DNA of 32,000 nt from NCBI RefSeq assembly GCF_000018305.1, contig NC_009954.1, forward strand, positions 1,320,001-1,352,000, in the 5' to 3' direction. This DNA comes from Caldivirga maquilingensis IC-167 (lineage in GTDB: Archaea > Thermoproteota > Thermoprotei > Thermoproteales > Thermocladiaceae). Shown one piece after another: positions 16,914 through 24,172 of the stretch (its first letter is position 1; every line of letters starts with the position of its first letter). The notes under the pieces were generated by a model. It did no database searches and had not been told where the DNA came from. It saw nothing but the letters and a program-made list of their open reading frames with translations. Both the position numbers and the translations under genes were made by a program.

Positions 16914-16972
16914 GCCTTAAGTGCAGGCTTAATGATTTAAATAACTCATTATATTTCCTTTAAATCCTAATC

Positions 16973-17502
16973 ATGAAACCCACCGTGAAGAGTAAGGAGG
17001 TCATATTAGCCATGACCATTACATTAGCCATAATAGTCGCCGTACTCTCCCTACCTAATGTACTTGAACCAATTAATGAGTCTACTGAATACGGGTGCCC
17101 TGGAACCTTACGTGGACTTAATAATTGGTGTAACCATGGTGGGTGTTGCCGCCTACCTAGTTTTCAGTAATCACGAGGAGCATGAGGATGTTAGGGCTGC
17201 CGACTTCAAGTTAATTTGTATTCATGGCTTAGCCGCAGCCCTCGGCGGCGACTTCACAATAGTGCTCATATTTAACTATAGCCCTAGTGCCAGTAATGCC
17301 CAGTAACTTATCCTTCCTAGTGGGCTTCATGTTTGGCTTCGGGACCTGGGTCTTGCAGACCTTAATAGTATTGTTAGTGTATAAGGGTGTTGTGCATGGT
17401 GTAAGGGACTGGAGTGTAATGGTTAGGGCAGGTGGGTTAGCGTTAGGGATACTTGGGGTCTTCATGATTTCACTGGGTGTTTTCTCAATGCTCTACGGTT
17501 AA
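16973..17502 (+). pseudogene. Small polytopic membrane protein apparently split across three reading frames (two +1 shifts)
   Basis: Track ORFs 16973..17170, 17058..17306 and 17287..17502 follow each other in frames 2, 0 and 1. Each contributes hydrophobic helices. A promoter-like element is present only before 16973. The frame overlaps (17037..17170 and 17263..17306) would allow a continuous product of about 175 aa. Confidence 0.45.
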
Positions 17503-17601
17503 GCTTAATTAATGAGGCTACTGAGGCTTCAGTAATCATGATGAATTAGTTATTTCCCCATTATCCACTTGAAGCATGCACCAATGCTTTAGGGCAAGGA
17601 A

Positions 17602-17943
17602 TTATTTCCTACTCTTACTCCTACTCCTCCTTGATTTCCTGGACTTACGCCTACGTCTCCTATGCTTCTTAGGCTCAGTGGTGGGTACTTTATACTTAGC
17701 CACCTCATCCCAGTTCACTGAATTAAGCTTACTAATAATTTCATCAGCCAACTTATCAGCCTCCCCACCCAATTCACTCCTATTCATTGTAACTACGATA
17801 CTTACCATGCCATTAACCACCTCCCCCTCAATCCCCAGTACGCCTCTCAAGTATTGAATAAGCTTATCAGTAGATACGCCTTGAGGGGGATTAATAACAA
17901 CCCTAACCACCTCCCCATCAACTTCCTTGCTTATTGAGCTCAT
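17602..17943 (-). CDS. Hypothetical 113-aa protein with an Arg/Lys/Ser-rich C-terminal tail
   Basis: The protein-like N-terminal ~90 aa are followed by PKKHRRRRRKSRKSRRSRSKSRK. The antisense track ORF 17576..17857 is low-complexity Leu-rich and is rejected. Confidence 0.6.
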   Translation of the reverse strand: MSSISKEVDGEVVRVVINPPQGVSTDKLIQYLRGVLGIEGEVVNGMVSIVVTMNRSELGGEADKLADEIISKLNSVNWDEVAKYKVPTTEPKKHRRRRRKSRKSRRSRSKSRK

Positions 17944-17965
17944 TTAAGCTATCGCCGGGAATAGG

Positions 17966-17972
17966 TTTATAA
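17966..17972. promoter_or_regulatory. Single near-palindromic TATA element (TTTATAA) centred in a 50-bp divergent intergenic region
   Basis: It lies 22 nt from the - strand ATG (17943) and 21 nt from the + strand GTG (17994). This matches the TATA-to-start spacing seen at other genes in the window. Confidence 0.45.
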
Positions 17973-17993
17973 CGCTAAGCCCATTAATTAAAC

Positions 17994-18326
17994 GTGGTTA
18001 AGGGGAAGAGGAGGAGTAAGGAGGAGGGAAAGTCCACTGCAATAACATCCTTCTTCCAGCCTGAGGAACCTGCAGTGAAGGGGGAGACTAAGGTAAGTGA
18101 AGGCGCTACAGTCAGTGAGAGGGGGGTTCAATTATCTGGTGTGGATAATGAGGTTTACGAATTCATTAAATCCAGGGGTACGGTGTCTAGGAAGGAGCTT
18201 GAGGATTGGGGTAAGGTTAAGGGGTTAACGTCGGCTCAACTCTTCGGTGCAGTATATAGGTTAAGTAAACTTGGTAAGATAACTAGGAGAATCATTAATG
18301 ATCAATTATCATACATTGCGCATTAA
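17994..18326 (+). CDS. Hypothetical 110-aa protein: basic/disordered N-terminus plus a winged-helix-like C-terminal domain
   Basis: GTG start. The C-terminal EVYEFIKSRGTVSRKELEDWGKVKGLTSAQLFGAVYRLSKLGKITRR has a helix-turn-helix plus wing pattern. The N-terminus is MVKGKRRSKEEGKSTAITSFFQPEEP. Confidence 0.6.
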   Translation: MVKGKRRSKEEGKSTAITSFFQPEEPAVKGETKVSEGATVSERGVQLSGVDNEVYEFIKSRGTVSRKELEDWGKVKGLTSAQLFGAVYRLSKLGKITRRIINDQLSYIAH

Positions 18327-18496
18327 CCACGCTTAGCTGAAAGCACTCTCTCGTACACTGGGCATCCATGGCCTTGATTTAGGCAGAATTGGTGAAGATA
18401 CTTTTGCTTAAGTTGAGCCCAATCCTCAGGAGGCAGTAGCACGCATCTCTCCCCATCACTAGTCCTTTGAAGGAAAATACACCTACCCTGCTGCAT
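18323..18496 (-). CDS. Possible 57-aa Cys-containing small protein (not in ORF track)
   Basis: Hand translation gives MQQGRCIFLQRTSDGERCVLLPPEDWAQLKQKYLHQFCLNQGHGCPVYERVLSAKRG. TTTGATAAA is centred about 26 nt upstream of the ATG. The 3' end overlaps the convergent gene by 4 nt. There is no family recognition. Confidence 0.3.
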   Translation of the reverse strand: MQQGRCIFLQRTSDGERCVLLPPEDWAQLKQKYLHQFCLNQGHGCPVYERVLSAKRG

Positions 18497-18688
18497 AAAT
18501 TCACACTTAAATTAAGGGTTTATCAAAGTATTGACGGTTACTCCTGCGATAAAACCAGTGATAAACCCCACCCCTTCTAAGAAGGTTGAATGCGGCATAG
18601 AAATTTACAAACACCTTACCGCTCACTTTGAATAAACAATAATACATTAAGCTTCACTGGGGAATGGGAAATGGTATTAAGGGGAGGA

Positions 18689-19009
18689 TTACTTATGAGG
18701 TAACTCAGGTTTAAATGGATCACCCAGGAACTTAACTGAATTTAAATCGTTTGATAAAATAGCCTTAACTAGCCTGCAGTCACTGGGGCATGGTGTTTTG
18801 GAATTAGGCGGCTTAACCAACTCTCCAGTGAGGAGGTCAAATACTGCGCCATGGAATGGACAGGTTAAATAATGGTCATTTAACACGTAGCCATTAGCCA
18901 ATATGGGCCTCCTCTTATGTGGGCAACCAGCCAGGTATGCGAAGCTTTCCCCATTCCATTCAAACACCATTATTGGGTAACCATTAACCTCAATAACCCT
19001 CAGCGACAT
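18689..19009 (-). CDS. Small Rieske [2Fe-2S] domain protein
   Basis: C-P-H-x18-C-P-F-H matches the Rieske C-x-H...C-x2-H ligand pattern. The length is 106 aa. It has its own TATA (TTTTTATAAAA) about 22 nt upstream. Confidence 0.85.
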   Translation of the reverse strand: MSLRVIEVNGYPIMVFEWNGESFAYLAGCPHKRRPILANGYVLNDHYLTCPFHGAVFDLLTGELVKPPNSKTPCPSDCRLVKAILSNDLNSVKFLGDPFKPELPHK

Positions 19010-19055
19010 GAAGAAGCCTCAGTAATCCACCTTTTATAAAAACTAGCCTCCCTGT

Positions 19056-20561
19056 TCAAAGACCTAGGGCTAACCCATCACCCCTTATATCTGAGTAAAG
19101 TAGTTTAAAGCCATTATCAAGCATAGCCAGTACACTGGCAACACCAGTACTACCGGGGTACTTAATTAACCTGAACTTCTCATTAACCCCAGAGGTTTCG
19201 TAATCATCCTCAATTATGAGTTCATCACTGTTCCATAGGAATCTCGGAGCATTAACAGCATCCACTGGATTCATCCCGTAATCAATAATGTTAGTTATCA
19301 TTAAGGCATGCTGCTGCGGCCTAAAGTGAGCACCAGAGGTACCTAGGGTGTATTTTAATTCACCGTTTTTAAGAATCATCACCGAGGATAATGTATGCAA
19401 CGGCCTCTTCCTAGGCTCAAGCGCATTAGGGCCACTTAACGCGAAGTCCGAGGCCCTATTATTCAATGTTACACCGTATTCGGGATCTGTGACAAGGGAA
19501 CCAAAGTGGTGGTATAGGCTTTGTATGCAGCTTACAACATTACCATGATTATCAGCAGTGATGAAGTATGTTGTGTCACCAACACCACTAGGTGACTTGC
19601 CTTGGCCTAGGCTCCTTAGGAAGCCTACGTCAAGCAGTGTATTAATGGGGATATTAGTGAACCTTGGGTCACCTATGAATTCATCCCGCGCCTTATACGC
19701 TATCCTATAGGCGTTAAGGAATTGCCTAATTCTCTCACTTGAAAATGGATCCTTAGGCATATCCTCATCCTCAAGTAGCTTAAGTATCATGAGTGTGGTT
19801 AAGCCTTGAGTATTGGGTGGAGCCTCATTAATAATGAATCCCCTGTACTCTATGCTTACTGGATTAACCCACTCAGGTCTATAATCCCTTAAATCACTTA
19901 AATCCAATACACCACCCAGTTCATTAACCCTCTTAACCAGGGATTCACCTAATTCACCATTATACATTGAATCAGCCCCATGTTCAGCTATCAACTCAAG
20001 GGCCTTGGTAAGCTTACTAATCTTAACCACGCTCCATGGTTCAGCATTAATCGGGTAGGTTGATTTAAAGGCGTCGTCGATTAATTCATTACTGATAACG
20101 CTTCTAATAGCCCTCACTAGGCTTAACCCTGCTGGGAAACCATCCTTAACAGCCTCAATCACAGTGTTAACTATGCTACGCCACTCCAACGTACCCATTT
20201 CCCTCCACATGGTGTATAACCCAGCCAGCATCCCCGGAACCACTGGAGATAAGGGTCCTCTCAATGGGACTTTACTTAAACCCCTTGATTCAAGTAACCC
20301 CCTAGTTAACTTGGCTGGAGCCCATCCAGTGGCGTTAAGGACCTTAACCTCATCACCATTGTATATTAAGGCAACTAGGTCTGAACCTAAGCCACCCAGG
20401 TGTGGTTGAGTTACAGCTAATGCCAGTGATACAGCCACGGCTGCATCAACGGCGTTACCACCAAGTTTAAGCACATTAACACCAACACCACTGGATACTG
20501 GGTGTTCTGAGGCGACGCCACCAAGTTTACTAACCCATGGTGTTTTACTGAAGGAAGACAT
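19056..20561 (-). CDS. ggt: Gamma-glutamyltransferase family Ntn-hydrolase
   Basis: N-terminal GGVASEHPVSSGVGVNVLKLGGNAVDAAVA is the family signature. GDTTYF contains the autoprocessing and nucleophile Thr. No obvious signal peptide. Confidence 0.85.
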   Translation of the reverse strand: MSSFSKTPWVSKLGGVASEHPVSSGVGVNVLKLGGNAVDAAVAVSLALAVTQPHLGGLGSDLVALIYNGDEVKVLNATGWAPAKLTRGLLESRGLSKVPLRGPLSPVVPGMLAGLYTMWREMGTLEWRSIVNTVIEAVKDGFPAGLSLVRAIRSVISNELIDDAFKSTYPINAEPWSVVKISKLTKALELIAEHGADSMYNGELGESLVKRVNELGGVLDLSDLRDYRPEWVNPVSIEYRGFIINEAPPNTQGLTTLMILKLLEDEDMPKDPFSSERIRQFLNAYRIAYKARDEFIGDPRFTNIPINTLLDVGFLRSLGQGKSPSGVGDTTYFITADNHGNVVSCIQSLYHHFGSLVTDPEYGVTLNNRASDFALSGPNALEPRKRPLHTLSSVMILKNGELKYTLGTSGAHFRPQQHALMITNIIDYGMNPVDAVNAPRFLWNSDELIIEDDYETSGVNEKFRLIKYPGSTGVASVLAMLDNGFKLLYSDIRGDGLALGL

Positions 20562-20596
20562 TATTTTTAATACCAGTTAAGGGGGTTTAAATAATA

Positions 20597-21079
20597 CTAC
20601 GCGTAGGCCAGTATTAGGTGATCTATTGATAATGCACCAGGACCTATTACGGCTAATGCTATTGATGAGGCAAGGAGTAAGGTGTCCAACTCCCAGCCAA
20701 ACATGTAGCCTTTAGTTGCCTTAAACATTGGTTCAGTCCAACCCCTTGGTAATGGTGCATTATATAGCTTGGTTATATAAAGTATTGTTGTTATTACCAT
20801 CTCCAGAGCTAACAGTATTGCAGCTATCCTAGTGAGTAGCCCTAATACTAGGACTAAGCCACCTATGAATTCGAGGAGTGCAGTTAGGTCAAATAGGGCA
20901 CCAGGTATGTTAAGTAGCTTAGTCAATCCATCCCTCATAGACCTCCTCGACTCACCTGTTAACTTGGGTAGGCCATGCACCATGAAGTTAACACCCACGA
21001 AGACTCTTAGCACTAAGGCTGCTACACTGACTGTTAAGTATCCGCTGTACGTACCTAGTATTAGACCTAGGATACTCAT
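20597..21079 (-). CDS. DoxX family membrane protein
   Basis: Four hydrophobic helices and an HGLPKL motif near TM1, typical of DoxX/DoxD-like proteins. The length is 160 aa. Confidence 0.75.
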   Translation of the reverse strand: MSILGLILGTYSGYLTVSVAALVLRVFVGVNFMVHGLPKLTGESRRSMRDGLTKLLNIPGALFDLTALLEFIGGLVLVLGLLTRIAAILLALEMVITTILYITKLYNAPLPRGWTEPMFKATKGYMFGWELDTLLLASSIALAVIGPGALSIDHLILAYA

Positions 21080-21081
21080 AC

Positions 21082-21107
21082 TTTACTCAGTAAATTTACT
21101 TTGTAAA
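21082..21107. promoter_or_regulatory. Two abutting copies of the palindrome TTTAC-N3-GTAAA (candidate HxlR operator)
   Basis: TTTAC-TCA-GTAAA (21082..21094) is directly followed by TTTAC-TTT-GTAAA (21095..21107). They lie between the doxX start codon (21079) and its presumed TATA (TTTTTAAAC read on the - strand, about 21108..21116). Confidence 0.4.
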
Positions 21108-21166
21108 GTTTAAAAACTTTGCCCCACTTCCTAAAATTAATTAACTAGTACCGGTGATTAAATGGG

Positions 21167-21487
21167 ATGCAGCAGGAATGCCCAGTGACAAAGGCGTGGA
21201 GAGTTCTTGGTAAACCATGGAGACTTGTGATAGTGGATAGGCTTAGTAATGGACCGAGAACCTTCAATCAATTACTCTTCAGTATGCCTGGAATAAGCAC
21301 CAGAACATTATCAAAGGCACTTAAGGAACTTAAATCAGCAGGAATAGTAACAATGTATTGCTCAGGTAAAAACCACTACTACTCATTAACGGAAATGGGT
21401 AAGGAACTAATACCCATAGTCAATGCCATAAAGGCCTGGAGTATTAAATGGCTTAGTGGAAAAACACTAAATATTAATATAAGGTAA
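21167..21487 (+). CDS. HxlR-family winged-helix transcriptional regulator
   Basis: CPVTKAWRVLGKPWRLVIVDRLSNGPRTFNQLLFSMPGISTRTLSKALKELKSAGIV matches the HxlR signature (C-P-V...G-x-KW...I...L..GP.RF..L). It is divergent from doxX. Confidence 0.85.
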   Translation: MQQECPVTKAWRVLGKPWRLVIVDRLSNGPRTFNQLLFSMPGISTRTLSKALKELKSAGIVTMYCSGKNHYYSLTEMGKELIPIVNAIKAWSIKWLSGKTLNINIR

Positions 21488-21633
21488 ATCCCCGTATTAT
21501 GCCAAGACTAAGTATAGTAAGTTAAATTAATACCTCCTCTGTAAAAATACTAAATAAAGTTATACATAATGAAGTATTATTTAAGAATATTAATGATAAA
21601 ATTAATTAATTTTTATTTTTAATTAATTTATAA

Positions 21634-24018
21634 TTATCTTCTCCTCAACGCTATTATTGCTGCAACAATGGCAATAACCACTACTATTATTACTATTCCT
21701 GCTATTAGTGCTGTTGATATTACTGGTTTAGTCACGGTTACGGTTGATATGGCTGTGGTTGTTGCTGTGCTAGTCACAGTGCTAACTGCAGTTGTTGTGA
21801 CTGTGCTTGTAACAGTGCTAACAGCCGTAGTGGTTGAGGTAACAGTTGAAGTAGTGGTTGTAGTAACTGGTGTGTACGTTGTGTGGAAGTATGATGCTAC
21901 ACAAGCCTGCAACTGAGGATCAGGATTAGGCAAACCAATGAAGACAGCGTACTGATGCAGATACGGATTAGTCCAAAGACTACCATTAATAATAGCCTCA
22001 GCCAAAGGAGGAATAACACCCTGCGGTGCGTAGGCGCCTAGTGATAATACTGTATTGAATTCGGGAGGTAATCCAGCAACTGCATATTGGTGAAATAGTG
22101 AATATGCTGCCTTAGTATACTTAGGATTCTTGAAGTTCATGCATTCATAAGCCCACATTGGGTTAGTTATCTTTACTGGGAATGCTGCAGTTATTGTGGC
22201 TGTTGATATTTCCACTCCAGGTACCCAGTACTCAAACCATGAGAAGTAGGCCTTAAGAAGCTCCTCATAGGTACTGCTGCCTGGCTCAGCCGCTATTATG
22301 GCATTCTGCCAATTACTCAAGTTAATGTAGCCATAGGTTGAGTTAATGCACCAGATAATTGTATTATTCGGTATAGGCAGGTTAGTGGTTAATGGTTTAC
22401 AATACCAGCCGGTAATCTCATTATTCTGAACAATCGGGTAGGCGAAAGGCGTAGTGTGGCCAGGAATACACCAGCCAGATGGCAAAAGCGCTGGATGTGT
22501 CATTGTGAATGCAACATCGTATGATATCCATAGTGTTGAGTAACCACCCTTATTAGAACCGGCGAACATCCAGTCAACCACAGCAGGTAGTTGGCATTGA
22601 GATACTTCAGTGGAGTATGTTGATGATTCCAGTGTAATTAATTTAACGGGTATTCCAAATTCTTCAAGTTGGTTAAAAGCGACTTGAGCCTGCGTGATCC
22701 AGTTAACCATTGGTGCTGATGCGTATATTGTTAGTGTTAGTGGTGTTCCGTTGGGTAGGTACCATTGACCATTCTTGTACTTTAAGCCGGCTGATTCCAG
22801 TAGTTGAGCTGCCTTAGTCCAATTGGGTTCAGTGAAGTTAACGGCTATGCTTCTAAGATCCTTCGGGAATGTTAACCAAAGCCCTGAGGCAGCTGTTGGT
22901 GCTGGTGCTGGAACATTAATGTAAACTGGGTACGTTAACCACGGTGGTCCCCAGGCGGCAGCGGCCTCACTCCTATTAATGATGTATAGGAATGCTTGCC
23001 TAACCTGAGGAATATTAAACGGGTAATATGTTGGTATACCTATGCCGAATATTGATAAGTCGGGCATTACATAGTATTTGAAGCCAGGTGTACTATTTAT
23101 TATCTGTAAATCCTTAAGAAGACTGAAGGCTATCCACTCAATGTAAACTGGCTTCTGGGCTGCTATTGCGGCTAAGATAGTTGATGCACCTGGGTTGTTC
23201 CATGCAATGAATGTTGGGTAGTACTGCCATGTGTGGAATGGTAGTATCTTATCCCACTCAGCCAGCAACGGCTTACCATCAAAGTACATTGGGTCAAGGT
23301 TCTGAGTTATGTAGGTTGGTCCAATTGATGCCACGTAGTATGGCCCATTACTCCACATGGGTGGGTTGAACTCGGTTATGTTAACTTGACCAAAGGTGTA
23401 GGCTTGACTGGCATTCATTGTTTGAAGCTTCTCAACAATAGGCTTCCACACGGGCCATGGAGTTGCTATGGTCTGCATGAGTATCCAATAGTACTCTGTG
23501 GGTGACCATATGTTGAAAACTATCTCCAACGTATAATTGTTAAGCACCCTAATCTCCTCACTCGCATTCTGGGGTGTTAAGTATGGGTAGTACCAGCTGA
23601 ATGCCTTAACACCAATGTAGAGTTCAGCGTAAACATCCCAAGCAGTGAAGGGCATTACCGCTGAACCATTAAACCAATAGATGTTATGTCTAAGGTAGAT
23701 GATTACAGTCTTATTTTGAGGAAACGCAGTCCAATTACTGGCTAGAATAGGCCACCACTGACCAGTAGGGTCATCATAGGCGGCAAGAGGCATTGCTACA
23801 AAGGCTGGCCAATCTATGTAATTAATGGGGGCGAATGGATTCCAGTAGTGGGCTGCAGGGGACCACGTCCACCCGAAATAGGCGGTGGTGAACGTGTACG
23901 TTACTTGGGATTCTTGAGCATATACAACATGAGAGGCATATAACCCAACCACAGCGGCAACTAAGGCAACTATTATTGAGGTGACTGCTGTTGCACTCCT
24001 TGAGGTATACAGATCCAT
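21634..24018 (-). CDS. ABC transporter solute-binding protein, Opp/Dpp (family 5) type, with N-terminal signal, Thr-rich linker and C-terminal TM anchor
   Basis: The 794-aa protein is rich in Trp, Tyr, Pro and Asn, like archaeal Opp-class sugar/peptide binding proteins. The N-terminal hydrophobic segment ends in ...VYAQE. A C-terminal T/S/V linker is followed by ALIAGIVIIVVVIAIVAAIIAL-RRR. The family call rests on overall architecture and is less certain than motif-based calls. Confidence 0.65.
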   Translation of the reverse strand: MDLYTSRSATAVTSIIVALVAAVVGLYASHVVYAQESQVTYTFTTAYFGWTWSPAAHYWNPFAPINYIDWPAFVAMPLAAYDDPTGQWWPILASNWTAFPQNKTVIIYLRHNIYWFNGSAVMPFTAWDVYAELYIGVKAFSWYYPYLTPQNASEEIRVLNNYTLEIVFNIWSPTEYYWILMQTIATPWPVWKPIVEKLQTMNASQAYTFGQVNITEFNPPMWSNGPYYVASIGPTYITQNLDPMYFDGKPLLAEWDKILPFHTWQYYPTFIAWNNPGASTILAAIAAQKPVYIEWIAFSLLKDLQIINSTPGFKYYVMPDLSIFGIGIPTYYPFNIPQVRQAFLYIINRSEAAAAWGPPWLTYPVYINVPAPAPTAASGLWLTFPKDLRSIAVNFTEPNWTKAAQLLESAGLKYKNGQWYLPNGTPLTLTIYASAPMVNWITQAQVAFNQLEEFGIPVKLITLESSTYSTEVSQCQLPAVVDWMFAGSNKGGYSTLWISYDVAFTMTHPALLPSGWCIPGHTTPFAYPIVQNNEITGWYCKPLTTNLPIPNNTIIWCINSTYGYINLSNWQNAIIAAEPGSSTYEELLKAYFSWFEYWVPGVEISTATITAAFPVKITNPMWAYECMNFKNPKYTKAAYSLFHQYAVAGLPPEFNTVLSLGAYAPQGVIPPLAEAIINGSLWTNPYLHQYAVFIGLPNPDPQLQACVASYFHTTYTPVTTTTTSTVTSTTTAVSTVTSTVTTTAVSTVTSTATTTAISTVTVTKPVISTALIAGIVIIVVVIAIVAAIIALRRR
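21730..21864 (-). repeat. Coding tandem repeat: three imperfect 36-nt units encoding TTTA(V/I)STVT(S/V)T(V/A/K) within the Thr-rich linker
   Basis: The units at 21727..21762, 21763..21798 and 21799..21834 come after the segment encoding TTTTTSTVTS. The two best DNA copies share 28 of 36 positions by hand count. Confidence 0.8.
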
Positions 24019-24054
24019 ATTTTAGTTACACTAAGCATCTTTAAAAATTTTTTC

Positions 24055-24081
24055 TCAATATTTTTATTTTACAAATATTGA
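24055..24081. promoter_or_regulatory. 9-bp inverted repeat TCAATATTT-N9-AAATATTGA in the divergent SBP/GH116 promoter region
   Basis: Read directly from the sequence. It lies just upstream of the presumed SBP TATA (about 24039..24053) and about 60 nt upstream of the GH116 TATA (TATTTAAA, 24142..24149). The AT-rich context raises the odds of a chance match. Confidence 0.3.
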
Positions 24082-24172
24082 ATATTAATATCATTAGTAG
24101 TGAGAATAGTTATGCAACAATAACATTCATTGAGAGTGAGGTATTTAAAGATGGTTACGTTAACCGTTAATT

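Noticed and set aside
16911-16931. A hairpin TAAGCCT-TAAGTGC-AGGCTTA starting at the peptidase stop codon, considered as a terminator.
   Set aside because: The structure is real in the sequence, but no oligo-T tract follows it. Archaeal termination is not known to rely on such hairpins, so no function is claimed.
17085-17170. The Cys-rich C-terminus of ORF 16973..17170 (GCPGTLRGLNNWCNHGGCC), considered as a secreted Cys-rich peptide.
   Set aside because: The same DNA in the next frame encodes a clean transmembrane helix (LIIGVTMVGVAAYLVF) continuous with downstream helices. The Cys-rich reading is therefore most likely an out-of-frame artefact of a frameshift.
17538-17600. A possible C/D box sRNA: ATGATGA at 17538..17544 in an intergenic region.
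   Set aside because: No CTGA D or D' box and no second C' box at the required spacing on either strand. A small hairpin (AAGCAT-N6-ATGCTT, 17572..17589) is present but is insufficient evidence for an sRNA.
17576-17857. A 93-aa + strand ORF with a poly-Leu run (LLLLLLLLDFLDLRLRLL).
   Set aside because: It is the mirror image of the Arg/Lys/Ser-rich tail coding region of the - strand gene 17602..17943. The - strand product looks far more protein-like and has a correctly spaced TATA.
21727-21834. Regularly spaced 36-nt repeats, considered as a CRISPR-like or minisatellite array.
   Set aside because: The repeats are contiguous with no spacers, they lie in frame inside the binding-protein gene, and they encode a Thr-rich linker.
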